Shown: positions 8,998-22,117, numbered from the stretch's first letter. The stretch: DNA of 32,000 bases from Fibrobacterota bacterium (GCA_028287505.1 JAQBPN010000076.1:32069-64068); one strand, 5' to 3'. A program made the numbers and translations. Notes: a model not told the origin generated them from the letters alone.

Positions 8998-10128
8998 CTA
9001 CGTGAAAAAGGTCTTCGCCTTCTGGAAGAAGGACTTGGGATGATCCTTCTCCTGCACTTTCTCCAATTCCTTCAGGACTTCGATTTCCCGGGCCGACAGG
9101 TTTTCCGGCGTGTGCACGTGGATCTTCACGTACTGGCTGCCGCGCTGATGGCCGTTGATGTCCGGGAGACCCTTGGTCCGCAGGCGCATGAGCTTTTCGC
9201 TCTGGGTCCCGGCGGGGATCTTCAGGTCCACTTCGCCATCGATGGTCCGGACGCGGATGTCGCCGCCCAAGGCCACGGTGGTATAGGGAACCTCCACCTG
9301 ACTGTACAGATCGATTCCCCGGCGTTCGAAAAAGTCGTCTTCCGCTTCCTTGATGGCCACGATCAGATCGCCGCTGGGGCCGCCCTGGGGTCCCGCATGG
9401 CCCTCGCCGCGCAAGGTCAGGTAATTGCTTTCCTCCACTCCCGGAGGGACGTCGATGGAAAGGGTCACCTCTTCCTGGACGCGGCCGCCGCCATGGCAGG
9501 AGGCGCATTTGTTTTTGATCAGGGAACCGATGCCCTGGCACTCGGGGCAGGTGGTCACGTTCACGATCTGTCCGAAGAAGGAACTCTGCACCTGCCGCAC
9601 CTGGCCCTGGCCCGCGCACACGTTGCAGGTCTGTTTGCCCGTTCCGCCCTGTCCCGCGCAGGTACCGCATTTGTTGTAGCGCTTGAGCTTGACCTTCTTG
9701 GTCACGCCGGCGGAAACATCCGGCAGGGTCACGGTGAGGGATATCTGCACGTCCTGGCCGCGAGGGGGTCCTGAACGTCCGCGTCCGCCCCGGCCGCCGC
9801 CCTGTCTTCCGAAGAAATCCCCGCCGAAGATGTCCCCGAAGGCGCTGAAAATGTCCTCGAAGTTGCTGAAGCCTTCGGCTCCGCCCATGCCGCCCTGCAC
9901 GCCCGCATGGCCGAATCGATCGTATTGCGCCCGCTTCTTTTCGTCGCAAAGAACGCTGTAGGCCTCCGCGGCCTCCTTGAACTTCTCTTCCGCTTCCTTA
10001 TCGCCCGGATTCTTGTCCGGGTGGAATTTTACGGCGAGCTTCTTGTACGACGCCTTGATGGCGGCGAGGTCGGATTCCTTGGTGATTCCCAATACCTCGT
10101 AATAATCCCGCTTTGTCGCCATTTCCAT
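8998..10128 (-). CDS. dnaJ: Chaperone DnaJ
   Basis: J domain with HPDKNPG, G/F region, four CxxCxGxG zinc-finger motifs, C-terminal client-binding region. Confidence 0.98.
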   Translation of the reverse strand: MEMATKRDYYEVLGITKESDLAAIKASYKKLAVKFHPDKNPGDKEAEEKFKEAAEAYSVLCDEKKRAQYDRFGHAGVQGGMGGAEGFSNFEDIFSAFGDIFGGDFFGRQGGGRGGRGRSGPPRGQDVQISLTVTLPDVSAGVTKKVKLKRYNKCGTCAGQGGTGKQTCNVCAGQGQVRQVQSSFFGQIVNVTTCPECQGIGSLIKNKCASCHGGGRVQEEVTLSIDVPPGVEESNYLTLRGEGHAGPQGGPSGDLIVAIKEAEDDFFERRGIDLYSQVEVPYTTVALGGDIRVRTIDGEVDLKIPAGTQSEKLMRLRTKGLPDINGHQRGSQYVKIHVHTPENLSAREIEVLKELEKVQEKDHPKSFFQKAKTFFT

Positions 10129-10162
10129 TCCTTCAATGCTTTGCCTGTAACGTTACAACAGC

Positions 10163-10244
10163 AGGATCGCGGAAACAACCGTTCCCGCGATCCTTTTAAA
10201 ATAGCAAGAGAGCCGCCAGGCTCTCCAGGGGCATACTCGCCCCT
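10163..10244. repeat. Cluster of three hairpins in the dnaK-dnaJ intercistronic gap
   Basis: AGGATCGCGG...CCGCGATCCT (10163-10194), GAGAGCC-GCCA-GGCTCTC (10208-10225), AGGGGC-ATACTC-GCCCCT (10227-10244). Confidence 0.75.
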
Positions 10245-10312
10245 CTCAGGAAACAAGTCCCGCCGGGGCTATGCGCCCCCGGGACTTTCCCTTTCCTTGA
10301 TTTCCCCGACGA

Positions 10313-12256
<1,944 letters not shown>

Positions 12257-12300
12257 GATATTGCCCTTTCAAAAACTTTATTACCGGTCCCGGCCTTGAC

Positions 12301-12882
12301 TTAAGGCTTTCCCGTCGAAACGATGACTTTTGCGTGCTTGAGAATCTTGTTCTTGGCCTTGTAGCCCTTTTGCAGCACCTGGGAGATATGGTTCTCGGGA
12401 ACCGTATCGCTCGGCTGTTGCATCAAAGCGTCGTGGACGTTCGGATCGAACTCCTCGCCCAGGGGATCGACTTCCGTCAATCCTTCATCCCCCAGGATTT
12501 CCTTGAACTTGTTGTAGATGAGGCGCATGCCTTTTTCCACGTCCTCGAGCTTTTCCGATTTGTGCTTGGGATCGAAAGCCAGATTGAAGTCGTCCAGGAC
12601 GTCGGTCAGCTTGCCCAGGAGCTTCGCATTGGCCGACGAGATCAAGTCGAAATTCTCTTTGACCGTGCGCCGGCGGAAATTCTCGAACTCGGCCAGCAGG
12701 CGGAGATGTTTGTCCTTCGCCTCCTGGAGTTCGTCCGTCAGCTTATCGTATTCCCTGCCCGCATCCTTTTCCGAGGCTTCGGCGTTGGCGCCGTTCTCGT
12801 CGGTGCCGGTGGACTGATTCTGGGTATTTTGATTTTCCACGTCTTGTTCCTTGGATGCCATAAAGTCCTGTGTCTGTGACAT
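12301..12882 (-). CDS. grpE: Nucleotide exchange factor GrpE
   Basis: 193 aa; LAEFENFRRRTVKE, C-terminal NVLQKGYK-like HISQVLQKGYKAKNKILKHAKVIVS; adjacent to dnaK. Confidence 0.95.
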   Translation of the reverse strand: MSQTQDFMASKEQDVENQNTQNQSTGTDENGANAEASEKDAGREYDKLTDELQEAKDKHLRLLAEFENFRRRTVKENFDLISSANAKLLGKLTDVLDDFNLAFDPKHKSEKLEDVEKGMRLIYNKFKEILGDEGLTEVDPLGEEFDPNVHDALMQQPSDTVPENHISQVLQKGYKAKNKILKHAKVIVSTGKP

Positions 12883-12894
12883 AATGCCGCCCGC

Positions 12895-13968
12895 TCAGCT
12901 TTCCGATTCGGATTGGTTGTTCCCCTGTTTTCCGGTCTCGGCCCTGTCTTTTCGATTCAAGGCCTTTGCCGTGTGATCCACTATGGAGATGAGCCTGGAG
13001 TAGGGCATTCGCTTGGGGCCGATCACGCCGATAATCCCATGGGCGCCGCCCAGGCTGAACGCCGAGGTGACGATGGAGACGGACCGAAGCTTGTGTCCCT
13101 CCTGATGTTCTTCCCCGATGGTGACATGGACTCCCTCTTTCTCATTTCTTTGGCGCAAGAAGTGTACCAGCGCCATCTTGGAGTCCAATAAGTCTAAAAT
13201 AGATTCCAGGTCCTCCAATTTCTCAAAATCAGCCCGGGAGAAGATGTTCTTGGTGCCGGAAATCTGGACTTCATCATGCTTCTGGGATTTGAAAAGTTTC
13301 GAAATGGAACGATCGAAGAAGCTAAATGCCTTTTTTTCCTCTTCTGAGGCGGAACTTTCTTTCGGATTTCTCAAAAGAGTGTTCAAAAATGAAACAGGCT
13401 TGCCTTGCATCCGTTCATTAATCCGCCGGGCTATGGATTCCAGCCTGTAAATGGAGGTGTCGATCCCGGAATCCACCATGGTGGTCCGGAACACGGTCTC
13501 GGATACGGAGAGCACGATCATGACCCGATTCTGATCCAGGGGCACCAGGGAGATGTTTTTGAACAGGGATTCTTCCACGGAAGGCGAGACCGCGACCCCC
13601 AATTGCCGGGTCAGGTTCCCGAGAATTCGCGCGGTATGCGTCATCAGTTCCTGTTCGTCCTGGGCCTCGTTGATTTCCGACTCGATGGAACGGCGATCCT
13701 CGGCGGTCAGCGGATCCACCGGCATCAATTCATTGATGTAGGTGCGGTACCCGCGATCGGTGGGGGTGCGTCCGGCGGAAGTATGGGGCTGCTCCACGAA
13801 ACCCATGTCCTCGAGTTCGGCCATGGTGTTGCGGATGGTGGCGCTGCTGGCCTGGAGCAGGGGATTCACGCTCAAAACCTTGGAAGAAACGGGCTCCGCC
13901 TTGACGATATAATGATCGACGATGGCGGTAAGAACCTGCTTTTGCCTGGGATTCAAGGGGCTGTTCAC
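12895..13968 (-). CDS. hrcA: Heat-inducible transcription repressor HrcA
   Basis: Likely GTG start at 13968 (VNSPLNPRQKQVLTAIVDHYIVKAEPVSSK...SSATIRNTMAELEDMGFVEQPHTSAGRTPTDRGYR), with GAGGG about 9 nt upstream. The track start at 14208 reads into the groEL 3' end. Confidence 0.93.
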   Translation of the reverse strand: MNSPLNPRQKQVLTAIVDHYIVKAEPVSSKVLSVNPLLQASSATIRNTMAELEDMGFVEQPHTSAGRTPTDRGYRTYINELMPVDPLTAEDRRSIESEINEAQDEQELMTHTARILGNLTRQLGVAVSPSVEESLFKNISLVPLDQNRVMIVLSVSETVFRTTMVDSGIDTSIYRLESIARRINERMQGKPVSFLNTLLRNPKESSASEEEKKAFSFFDRSISKLFKSQKHDEVQISGTKNIFSRADFEKLEDLESILDLLDSKMALVHFLRQRNEKEGVHVTIGEEHQEGHKLRSVSIVTSAFSLGGAHGIIGVIGPKRMPYSRLISIVDHTAKALNRKDRAETGKQGNNQSESES

Positions 13969-14024
13969 TGTCCGGTACCCTCGGGAGAATGCGCGTTTGC
14001 GATGAAAAAAAACGTCTTCTTTAA

Positions 14025-14061
14025 CCAAAAAATCCCCTGACGCGGTTGGCGCGCCAGGGGA
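14025..14061 (-). terminator. Intrinsic terminator downstream of groEL
   Basis: Minus strand TCCCCTGGCGCG-CCAAC-CGCGTCAGGGGA (one mismatch in a 12-bp stem, 14033-14061) followed by a TTTTTT run. Confidence 0.8.
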
Positions 14062-14114
14062 CGGATTCGAATGGCCTGAGGTTCCCCGCACCCGGAGGCG
14101 CGGGGAAGGATGAA

Positions 14115-15869
<1,755 letters not shown>

Positions 15870-15885
15870 AGAAGCCGCTTCAGCT

Positions 15886-16170
15886 TCAGATGACCGCGAG
15901 GACGTCGCTCTCACGCATGATCAGGTAGTCTTTGCCTTCCACGGAGACTTCCGTGCCGGAGTACTTACCGTACAGGACGGTGTCGCCCACTTTGACTTCC
16001 ATCTTGATGAGGGTGCCGGCATCCGAGGCCTTGCCGGGACCGGCGGCGATGATGCGGCCCTTCTGGGGCTTCTCTTTGGCGGTGTCCGGGACGTACAGGC
16101 CGCCGGCGGTTTTTTCCGCGGCTTCCAGGGCTTCTACTAGGACTCGATCGGCTAGAGGCTTCACGTTCAT
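15886..16170 (-). CDS. groES: Co-chaperonin GroES
   Basis: 94 aa; [38 protein letters not shown], mobile loop and [26 protein letters not shown]. Confidence 0.99.
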   Translation of the reverse strand: MNVKPLADRVLVEALEAAEKTAGGLYVPDTAKEKPQKGRIIAAGPGKASDAGTLIKMEVKVGDTVLYGKYSGTEVSVEGKDYLIMRESDVLAVI

Positions 16171-16221
16171 GGTTCTCTCCTTGATGGTTTGATTAATAGT
16201 TTACCAAGATTTGATGTGTGA

Positions 16222-16248
16222 TTAGCAGTCTCCCAACCGGAGTGCTAA
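16222..16248. promoter_or_regulatory. CIRCE element (HrcA operator)
   Basis: TTAGCAGTC-N9-GAGTGCTAA; one mismatch from the consensus TTAGCACTC-N9-GAGTGCTAA. Confidence 0.92.
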
Positions 16249-16259
16249 ATGTGGGGCAT

Positions 16260-16288
16260 AATATAGAGGCTTTTTTCGGCGATTTCAA
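16260..16288 (-). promoter_or_regulatory. Sigma70-type promoter for groES-groEL
   Basis: Minus strand TTGAAA (16288-16283), 17-nt spacer, TATATT (16265-16260), immediately upstream of CIRCE. Confidence 0.75.
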
Positions 16289-16410
16289 GATGTTTGCAGC
16301 CATGATCGGCCAAAGCAACGGAAATGGTTCCATAATGAAACGCGGATTGGGGAATTATCAAAAAAACCAAGCCGGCTCCCCGGATTTTTTTTCGACCTAT
16401 TTTTCTCCCG

Positions 16411-18012
16411 ATGCTGCTTCGAGCCTTCTCCGCCCGCCGGAAACCCCTGCTTGCGGGCCTCTTCGCCCTCAGTCTGATCATCGGGACCCTGGAAGGTCTT
16501 TTCATCTTGATCGCAAAGTCGGCCGTGACCGGGGCGCAATGGCGGACCTGGAGCATTCCCTTGCTGGCCCTGGCCTTGATCGTCACCGTGAGGACGCTGG
16601 CGCAAATCCTCTCCACGCGGCTGGAGCTCAGGGCCCTCTTCGCCTGGTTGGGAGAACGGAGGGCCCTCCTGTTGCGCGCGGCCGCGGCGCGGATGTTCCC
16701 GGCCTATCGCGATCCCTGGCGTAACACCCTGGTTACGGCCCTCGGGGACGGCATGGAGGACCTCGGCATGGGCGTGGGCGCGGGATTCCGCTGCCTGGCC
16801 GCGCTGGCCCATACCCTGGTGCTGGCGCCCCTGCTTTTCCTTTTCTCCTGGAAACTGGCGGCGGGAGCCATGGCGCTGGCCGTGCCCGCTTTGTTGGCCA
16901 GCCGCCTGCGCGCCGGCGTGCTGGCGGCCTCCGGAAAGCGTTGGAGCGAATCCAAGGCGGAAATGTCCCTGGATACGGAGGCGTTCGCCGAGGGCCTGGA
17001 AGCCCAGGCCGGAAACGGGAAGCTGCGGGATTCCGCCGCGCGCCTTGCGGAGAGCCTGGACCGGCATGCGCACAGGTCCGGGTCCTGGGAAACGGCCAAA
17101 GCGGTTTTTCCGCCCGCGCTGGAATGGTTTTTCTTCATGGCGCTGGCGGCCTTGGCCCTGATGGCGGGCGCAGGCGATCCCGGAGCGGGCGGGAACGCGG
17201 GGAAGGGTCCCGCCGGCCTGCTGCCTTTCGGCGCCCTGCTGTTGCTTATGTACCGGCCCATCCGGGAATGGGCGCGCAATTATCCCGTACACCTGATGGG
17301 AGGCCAGGCCTGGATTTCCTTGCGTAACCTGCAGGATACCCTGGAGGCGTTTCCGCTCCGGGAACCCCGCCCCGTTTCGCCTTCCGGTTCCCTGCTCCTG
17401 GAAGGGGTCCGCTTCGGGTACCAATCCGACCGCCCGGTGCTGGACGGATTCGATCTGGAGCTCGCTCCAAACGAATTGACCTGGATTGCCGGGCGCAATG
17501 GCGCGGGAAAGTCCACCTTGCTCAAGCTGTTGGCGGGAATCGAGTCCCCGCAGGCGGGACGGATCTTCGCGCCCGCCGCCTGGACGGGAACCGCATTCGC
17601 CTATCTTCCCCAGAAGGCGTTTCTGGATTCCGATTGGAAGCGGTGGGCGGGAGCCTTCGCGGCGGAACAGCCCGCGGCCTGGAAGACCTTGGATGGGATC
17701 CTGGGCCTGGAGCGGATTATGGCCAAGGCGGGAGACGGCCTTAAGGGCGTGTCGGGCGGCGAGCGCCAGCGTCTGTGCCTGGCCCGGGCCTTCGCATCGC
17801 CTGCGCCTTATCTGCTTCTGGATGAACCGACCACCTGGCTTACCGCCGGGGATCGCGAGCGCATCCTGGGGGATTTACTGGCATTCTGGAGACGGCCCGA
17901 CGCCATGGGCGCTTCCCGGGGAGCGGCGATGGTGTCGCACGAACCGTTCCTGGGCGAGTTCTGTTCGCGTACGGTGCGGATGGAGCCTGAATCCGTGGAA
18001 GTGCCCGGGTGA
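16411..18012 (+). CDS. ABC transporter with fused transmembrane and ATPase domains
   Basis: 533 aa; hydrophobic N-terminal half, GRNGAGKST (Walker A), VSGGERQRLCLARA (signature), PYLLLDEPTT (Walker B), VSHE (H-loop). Confidence 0.85.
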   Translation: MLLRAFSARRKPLLAGLFALSLIIGTLEGLFILIAKSAVTGAQWRTWSIPLLALALIVTVRTLAQILSTRLELRALFAWLGERRALLLRAAAARMFPAYRDPWRNTLVTALGDGMEDLGMGVGAGFRCLAALAHTLVLAPLLFLFSWKLAAGAMALAVPALLASRLRAGVLAASGKRWSESKAEMSLDTEAFAEGLEAQAGNGKLRDSAARLAESLDRHAHRSGSWETAKAVFPPALEWFFFMALAALALMAGAGDPGAGGNAGKGPAGLLPFGALLLLMYRPIREWARNYPVHLMGGQAWISLRNLQDTLEAFPLREPRPVSPSGSLLLEGVRFGYQSDRPVLDGFDLELAPNELTWIAGRNGAGKSTLLKLLAGIESPQAGRIFAPAAWTGTAFAYLPQKAFLDSDWKRWAGAFAAEQPAAWKTLDGILGLERIMAKAGDGLKGVSGGERQRLCLARAFASPAPYLLLDEPTTWLTAGDRERILGDLLAFWRRPDAMGASRGAAMVSHEPFLGEFCSRTVRMEPESVEVPG

Positions 18013-18602
18013 AGCCGGCGGACGTCCAATTCGCCTGGCGAGGATGGATCCTGGGCGCGCTTTTCACGGGGCTGGCCTTCGCGCGCTGGCGATCCGCCGG
18101 CCCGGTCGAGCCCCTGGGCCTGATACCGGTCGCCCTGGGGGCCCTTTATCGTTTCCATGCGGGCCGTTATATTCCCGGGCACACCAATTCCCCCCGCCTT
18201 TCCGGAAAGGCCCTCGCCTTGCGCGGCCCCTACCGGTATGGGCGGCATCCGCTCTACCTGTCGAACCTGGCCATCATCGCCGGATTGATCCTCTTCGCCG
18301 ATTGCCTTCCTCTTTGGGAGGCGGCCCTGCTGTTCGGCATCGCCTGCGCGCACCACGCCCTCTTGGCGCGCACGGAGGAGCGGTACCTGGCCTCCATCTG
18401 GGGCGAAGCGTATCTCGGTTACCTGCGTGTTACCCCGCGCTGGTTCGGGTTGCCGCCGATGTCCGCCCCCGGGGAGCCGGCTTCCGCCGGCGTTCCCGAT
18501 CGGGAGGCCATGGCGGTGTCCTGGAAACGCCAAGGCGCGAACCTGGGCAAGAGCGCCGCCTGCGCGCTGGTTCTTTGGATCCTCGCGGCCGTCCATCGAT
18601 GA
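18009..18602 (+). CDS. Membrane methyltransferase of the isoprenylcysteine carboxyl methyltransferase / PEMT-like family
   Basis: 197 aa from a GTG start; LRGPYRYGRHPLYLSNLAIIAG and EERYLASIWGEAYLGYLRVTPRW. Confidence 0.75.
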   Translation: MKPADVQFAWRGWILGALFTGLAFARWRSAGPVEPLGLIPVALGALYRFHAGRYIPGHTNSPRLSGKALALRGPYRYGRHPLYLSNLAIIAGLILFADCLPLWEAALLFGIACAHHALLARTEERYLASIWGEAYLGYLRVTPRWFGLPPMSAPGEPASAGVPDREAMAVSWKRQGANLGKSAACALVLWILAAVHR

Positions 18603-19921
18603 TGCGGTTCCACCTGGCCGTTTACCGCTGGGCCTGGCATCTGCTCCTGGCTCCGGCGCTTTTCCTGAACGGACTCGATCGGCGTTTGCGCGCGATGACG
18701 GGAATCGGCTTCATCCCCGGTACCTGGCGCGTGACGGAGCGCGCCGGCGCGGGTCCGGGAGCACGGCCGGCCGGTAGTGCCGGGAAGCGGGCGCTCTGGC
18801 TGCATTGCGCTTCCCTGGGGGAGGCCAAGGGCATGTGGGCTTTTACCCTTTCCCTCGCCGAAGCCGATGACATCATTCTCACCGCCAATACTCATGACGG
18901 CGCGGCATTCCTGGAACGGCAATGCGCGGTTTTTTCCAAATCCTCTTTCGCCGCCGCCCGTCGTATCGTGGTCTCGATCGCGCCGTTCGATCATCCCTCC
19001 GTGGTGGGTCGGTTCCTGGAACGCCATGGGGTGCGCGGATTGTGCCTCTATGAGGTGGAGCTTTGGCCCCATTATCTGTCCGGGTGCCGGGAAAGGGATC
19101 TTCCCGTGGCCTTGGTCTCCGGCAGGCTTACGGAAAAAGCCTACGCGCTGTACCGCCGTTTCGGCGGCGCCGGGGCGCGGTTGCTGGACGGTCTGGCATG
19201 GATCCAGGCGCAATCCCCGGAGGATGCGGAGCGCTTCCGCTCCTTGACCACGGCCGAGGTCTGCCTGGGTTTCGATTTCAAGGCCGCCCATTACCTGCGT
19301 CACCGGGACCTTCCGGAAACGATTCCGCCGCAGCCTCGGTTCCTGGGCGCCGCATCCCGCTTCGCATTCGTCTCCCTGCATTTTTCCGAATTGACGCTCT
19401 TGCGGCCGGGCCTGGCGCGGTTGATGGAGCGCTTCGACCTGGTCGTCTTTCCCAGAAAGCTGGCGGAGGTCAACCGGTTCCGATCGGTGTTGGAACCGAT
19501 GGGGTTCGAGACCCACAGCCGCAATCCCAATGCCCGCCATCTGCTGGTGGATGCCCTGGGTCTGGTGGAGGAGCGGTTGCCGGAATGCGGTTCGGTTTTC
19601 GTAGGGGGAAGCCTGATTCCCCTGGGCTGCCACAATTTGTGGGAACCTTTGCTCGTGGGCGCGCAAATCCGGTTCGGCCCGTACTTCGAGAACCAGCGGA
19701 CCTGGGCCGGGCTGCTCCTGGAATGCGGCATTGCCGAAGTGGTTCGCGACCCGGCGGCCCTCGGGGCCTGCCCCTCGCCCAGTCCCGAAAACGCCACGGC
19801 TTGCGCCACCCTGGTCCAAGACCTCCGCCAGGACCTGGAATCGGCCCTCACGGACGGGAAACGGAGGATATTTGTTACTTTCTACCCGAACGTGAACGCC
19901 AGGACGGCCGCGCAAGCCTAA
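18599..19921 (+). CDS. waaA: 3-deoxy-D-manno-octulosonic acid (Kdo) transferase
   Basis: From ATGATG at 18599/18602: ALWLHCASLGEAKGMW, ILTANTHDG, LYEVELWPHYL, FVGGSLIPLGCHNLWEPLLVGAQIRFGPYFEN. The 811-aa track ORF extends this frame backwards through out-of-frame sequence of the upstream genes. Confidence 0.88.
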   Translation: MMRFHLAVYRWAWHLLLAPALFLNGLDRRLRAMTGIGFIPGTWRVTERAGAGPGARPAGSAGKRALWLHCASLGEAKGMWAFTLSLAEADDIILTANTHDGAAFLERQCAVFSKSSFAAARRIVVSIAPFDHPSVVGRFLERHGVRGLCLYEVELWPHYLSGCRERDLPVALVSGRLTEKAYALYRRFGGAGARLLDGLAWIQAQSPEDAERFRSLTTAEVCLGFDFKAAHYLRHRDLPETIPPQPRFLGAASRFAFVSLHFSELTLLRPGLARLMERFDLVVFPRKLAEVNRFRSVLEPMGFETHSRNPNARHLLVDALGLVEERLPECGSVFVGGSLIPLGCHNLWEPLLVGAQIRFGPYFENQRTWAGLLLECGIAEVVRDPAALGACPSPSPENATACATLVQDLRQDLESALTDGKRRIFVTFYPNVNARTAAQA

Positions 19922-19955
19922 GGCCCGCGCATCCTGCAAAGACAAGGGACTAACG

Positions 19956-20891
19956 GTGAAGATTTATCTGGCGTCCCCGCGCGGCTTCTGCGCCGGCGTG
20001 CAAAGGGCCATCAGCATCGTCGAAAAGGCCATCGAACGCTTCGGGGCCCCCGTGTACGTCCGGCATGAGATTGTCCACAACCAGGCCGTGGTTTCCCGGC
20101 TGCGGGACAAGGGAGCGGTCTTCGTCGAAGAGCTCGAGGAGGTCCCTCTCAACTCCGTCGCCATCTTTTCCGCCCACGGCGTTCCCACCGCGGTCTATAC
20201 CGAGGCGGACAGCCGCAAGCTCCTGACCATCGACGCCACATGTCCCCTCGTCAAGCGCGTGCATTCGGCGGTCAAGCGCCATAACAAGAACGAACTGCGG
20301 ATCATCCTGATCGGCCACGCGGGACATCCGGAAGTGGTGGGAACCATGGGCCAGCTCCCGGACGGACAGATGATCCTGGTGGAGCGGCCGGAAGATGTCT
20401 GGAAGCTGCAGGGAGTGGGCGAGGAAGGCCTTGCCTACACCACCCAGACCACCCTCTCCATCGAAGAGACCAAGGATATCATCCAGGCGCTCAAGCAACG
20501 CTTCCCGCTCATCAAGGGCCCGGAAAAGGGCGACCTGTGCTATGCCACCACCAATCGCCAGCAGGCCGTGATCGATATGGCCAAGCTGGTGGACATCCTG
20601 GTGGTGATCGGGTCTTCGAACAGTTCGAACTCCAACCGGCTCCGTGAGCTGGGCGAACGCATGGGCAAGCCTTCCTATCTCATAGACGGGCCCAACGATA
20701 TGCGCCGGGAATGGCTGAACGGCGTCGAAAACGTCGGCATCTCCTCGGGCGCTTCCGCGCCGGAAGACCTGGTGCAGGACGTGGTCAAATGGATCCAGCG
20801 CGAGTTCCCGGGCACTTCCGCCGAGGACTACGTGATCCTTGAGGAGAACGTGCATTTTTCCCTGCCGGAAATCCTCAACTCCGCGCCCTGA
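19956..20891 (+). CDS. ispH: 4-hydroxy-3-methylbut-2-enyl diphosphate reductase
   Basis: 311 aa; MKIYLASPRGFCAGVQRAI, YVRHEIVHN, FSAHGV, IDATCPLV, IGHAGHPEV, GSSNSSNSNRL. Confidence 0.98.
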   Translation: MKIYLASPRGFCAGVQRAISIVEKAIERFGAPVYVRHEIVHNQAVVSRLRDKGAVFVEELEEVPLNSVAIFSAHGVPTAVYTEADSRKLLTIDATCPLVKRVHSAVKRHNKNELRIILIGHAGHPEVVGTMGQLPDGQMILVERPEDVWKLQGVGEEGLAYTTQTTLSIEETKDIIQALKQRFPLIKGPEKGDLCYATTNRQQAVIDMAKLVDILVVIGSSNSSNSNRLRELGERMGKPSYLIDGPNDMRREWLNGVENVGISSGASAPEDLVQDVVKWIQREFPGTSAEDYVILEENVHFSLPEILNSAP

Positions 20892-20908
20892 CGGCGGGAT
20901 TCCGCCGT
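20891..20908 (+). terminator. Weak hairpin (ACGGCGG-GATT-CCGCCGT then TT) at the ispH stop
   Basis: Perfect 7-bp stem with only a short T-run; may be an attenuating or non-functional hairpin. Confidence 0.35.
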
Positions 20909-20924
20909 TTAGCCGTACTCCGCC

Positions 20925-22013
20925 GTGAATCCGGTTCCCATCCGAAAAATCGCATACTTCCTGAGCGGCCACGGATTCGGCCATGCCGTCCGGAATTCCG
21001 CCGCCATCGAGGCGCTGCCTCCCGGCGTTGAGGTCGACATCTACACTTCGATTCCGGAAAGCTTTTTCGGCGACGAACTCCATCGCCCATACCGGGTGAT
21101 TCCCTGCGAGATAGATTGCGGGTGCCTGCAGACCGATACGGTGGAAGTGGACGTGGAGGCCACCCTGGCGCGTTACCTGGAATTGGATTCCCGGCGCGGC
21201 GGGTTCATCGCCCATTTCGCGCCCCTGGTGCGGGAGAGCGGCGCGGATCTTGTCATCGCCGATACGCCGCCTTTGGCCTTTCCCATCGCCAAAGCGGCGG
21301 GAGTGCCCGCGTGGAGCATCTGCAATTTCACCTGGCTGGACATCTACGCCGCCTACGTGGCGAAACATCCCCGTTACCTGGACATGTTCCGGCGCATGCA
21401 GGCCGATTATGCCCTGGCGGACAGGCATATCCGCATCCATCCCCACATGACGGACAATGCGTCCTGGCCGGTGGAAAGCGTCGGCATGGTCTGCCGGCCC
21501 GGCCGATCCCGGCGCGCGGAATTCGCGGAACGCTTCGGTCTGGATCCGGACCGGAAATGGTGCCTCATCTACATCGGCAGCTTCGGGTTGGACGGCGTGG
21601 ACTGGGCGCGCTTGGCGGCTTATCCGGACTGGGAATTCCTGGGCCTTTATCCCCTTCCCGGGGCTCCCGCCCGTTATCGGTTCCTGAAAAAGGATTTGAG
21701 CTTCCGCTACGCGGACCTGAACGCCTCCTGCGATCTGGTGATGGGCAAGTTGGGGTACGGCCTGGTTGTGGAGTGTTTGGCCCAGGCCAAGCCCATCCTC
21801 TTTCTGGGCCGGCGGGATTTCGATGAGTTCCAGATGCTGAAGGCTCTCCTGGAAGAGCGCGGACAGGGGATGGAAATCCCCTTGCCCAGGTTCCTGAAAA
21901 TGGACATCGGCGATGAGTTACAGGCGCTGACCCGCCGGAGCCACCAGCCTCTTCAGGCCACGGGAGTAGCCGATATTCTGCGAAAAATGGGTTTCGCTCC
22001 GGTAAATGCCTGA
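20925..22013 (+). CDS. Glycosyltransferase-like protein, resembling the N-terminal domain of L-arabinokinase
   Basis: 362 aa; YFLSGHGFGHAVRNSAAIEAL, IDCGCLQTDTVEVDVEATL, VIADTPPLAFPIAKAAGVP, late CDLVMGKLGYGLVVECLAQAKPILFL as in nucleotide-sugar-binding GT-B domains. Confidence 0.65.
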   Translation: MNPVPIRKIAYFLSGHGFGHAVRNSAAIEALPPGVEVDIYTSIPESFFGDELHRPYRVIPCEIDCGCLQTDTVEVDVEATLARYLELDSRRGGFIAHFAPLVRESGADLVIADTPPLAFPIAKAAGVPAWSICNFTWLDIYAAYVAKHPRYLDMFRRMQADYALADRHIRIHPHMTDNASWPVESVGMVCRPGRSRRAEFAERFGLDPDRKWCLIYIGSFGLDGVDWARLAAYPDWEFLGLYPLPGAPARYRFLKKDLSFRYADLNASCDLVMGKLGYGLVVECLAQAKPILFLGRRDFDEFQMLKALLEERGQGMEIPLPRFLKMDIGDELQALTRRSHQPLQATGVADILRKMGFAPVNA

Positions 22014-22117
22014 AATTCACGGGATTCGGTTCCAGTTCCAGCATCCGTGCTAGCATTTCCCGCGGGTTATGCTTATATTTTCCCGCCTAAGTTTTACCGA
22101 TTAAGACGAGGTTTTTC

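Noticed and set aside
18419-21446. 508-aa (18419-19945) and 498-aa (19950-21446) minus-strand ORFs
   Set aside because: Antisense to waaA, ispH and the glycosyltransferase-like gene, whose motifs are unambiguous.
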